A stretch of DNA of 64,000 nt, taken from the NCBI RefSeq assembly GCF_963921235.1, contig NC_086123.1, forward strand, positions 28,954,001 to 29,018,000. The letters run 5' to 3'. Shown here one piece after another: positions 62,306 through 64,000 of the stretch; position 1 is the first letter of the stretch, and every line of letters starts with the position of its first letter. This DNA is from Mobula hypostoma. Lineage: Eukaryota. The notes under the pieces are model-generated. The model saw only the letters and a program-made list of their open reading frames with translations. It had not been told where the DNA came from and searched no databases. The position numbers and the translations under genes are program-made.

Positions 62306-63474
62306 GGTTGAGACAGGAACCCCAGGACACTGAGGAAACACAGCAGTGCTAAGGTGGGGAGCCCAGTGGCTGAAGGCTTCGGGGGAAAGAGCTGGCTCCT
62401 CAAAAGGGTTGTGAGGCCTTGTTCAACATAAAAGAGCTGAAAAGTCTTTGGTTTGCTGCCTCATCACTTATTCCCTCCGAGCTGATGTCTTCAGTCTCTC
62501 ATGAATCAACTACTATCTGATTAAACATTGCTCTAGTTTTCCTGCTAATTTTCTCTCTGCATTTCTATTCCAAGTTCTGTATTAGAATATATTGACATTT
62601 TCCCCCAATTATCATCTCTACTGTAGCAGCTACTTGAGCAAACCAACACCACTGTTAGAGACCAAGTACTGGGAGTATGACGCACTTTCAGATCCAATAA
62701 TAATAACGCTCAAAAAGTCAAAGGAATATATTCAACCCTTCATTAAACAACTAGCAAAACAAACAATCTTGAAGCAATAAAACAAATGAAACCAAAACTA
62801 GTGATATTAATTGTAATTAAGCAAAGTTAAGCGATTTAAAATATAATTAAATAGTCAACAAAAAGATATCACACTCGGCTGTTTCCAGCTCTAACTGACC
62901 AAAGACAAAGCGTGAGTACATAACTAAACTCTTTGCTTTACCACACCCCTACCCACATGACTATCAACCATACTGAACATAATAAACGCCCAACACAGAA
63001 TACATTGCAGATGGAAAACAGATACATGGCTCCTACACTTAATAAGTATTATTATTTACATACAGTTTCAATTTTTATTTTATTACCCTTTATATCCAGT
63101 CTGAACGTCATACCTCACTTGCCCTCCCTACAATTTTTCTTGACATCAGCATTTTTACCTCCTATTAAAAGTTTAATCTTAGTTTTCCTTCCTCTTGACT
63201 GCAAAGCGCTGTGATTGCATCCTTCTATTACAGACTATTGCTTTATATTACACTCTTTCCCTTCCGCTCTGCCAAGTTCTAATTCTTTGTTGGAATATAG
63301 TTCCCAAGATATCAGATGAACTTCCATTACTTATATACATTTGCCATTATTGGTGGGATGCTAATCCATTCTGAATACTTCTTCTCCACTTGGAGAGTGC
63401 ATGGGCTAGTGATTCCCAGGAGTCAGTAGGGAAGCCACATTTCTTCAAAGGGATTACGAGCACATCTATGAATC

Positions 63475-63660
63475 CCAAACATGAGAAAGTTGGCAGATAC
63501 TGGAAATCCAAAGCAACACACACACAAAACGCTGGAGGAACTCAGCAGGTCAGGCAACATCTATGTTAAAGAGTTAACAGTCGCTGTTTCAGGCCAAGAC
63601 CCTTCTTCAGGACTGAGAAGGAGGGGGGAAGATGCCTGAATAAAAAGGTGGGGGGAAAAG
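63475..63660 (-). mobile_element. Penelope pseudo-LTR-derived copy
   Basis: GCTGGAGGAACTCAGCAGGTCAGGCA..CAGTCGCTGTTTCAGGCCAAGACCCTTCTTCAGGACTG. Confidence 0.82.
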
Positions 63661-63914
63661 GAAAGATCGTTTTCACTGTTTGCCTGGCAATTTTGTCCAC
63701 TAAAAGAGTATGGAATAAACAGTGTCTGCTTCTGATGTCGTTCACACGAATGACATTATCTGCCCATCAAAGCTATTTGATGGTGAATTACAAAACCAGA
63801 CAGGAAGCAAGTTAGCCTCAATCCTGGGGGCTGCCCAAGAAGAAATGACCCCAAGCAAGAGTGCCAGCAAACTGTTCGTTACAGGGAGGTAAGGAGATAT
63901 TCTTGCTCATTAAC

Positions 63915-63990
63915 AGAGATGGGGAGGAATTTATTTAGCCAGAGAATTGTGAATCTGTGGAATTCGTTGCCACGGGCAGCTGTGGTGAGC
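63915..63990 (+). mobile_element. Short CR1 fragment
   Basis: RNLFSQRIVNLWNSLPRAAVV motif. Confidence 0.7.
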
Positions 63991-64000
63991 CTTTGAAGGC

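Overview
Repeat-rich vertebrate genomic DNA. The repeat repertoire (HE1-like V-SINEs, CR1 LINEs, Rex/Babar LINEs, Penelope elements, K02A2.6-like Gypsy) points to a cartilaginous fish, probably a ray (inference, not checked by search). No intact host gene is present. The only credible host coding signal is a 124-nt ATG-initiated, hydrophobic, phase-1 exon at 2077-2200 (+), which is too short for the ORF track; if real, the rest of the window is mostly one very long intron. Almost every ORF in the track is a transposon fragment or an antisense/low-complexity artefact. The most structured signals are: (i) a five-tier nested insertion at about 46810-51810 with readable target-site duplications (TSDs); (ii) about a dozen or more dispersed Penelope pseudo-LTR copies with a minimal hammerhead ribozyme motif, some as fold-backs; (iii) chimeric hAT MITEs carrying a Tigger-derived core, one of them nested again in a second hAT MITE; (iv) a 13-nt tail-only insertion with an 8-bp TSD; (v) non-autonomous retroposons with an AAGATGG 5' end and Rex-type tails. 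I found no evidence of a wholly new gene system. Family assignments come from motif recognition without a database search, and boundaries lacking a TSD or TIR are approximate.
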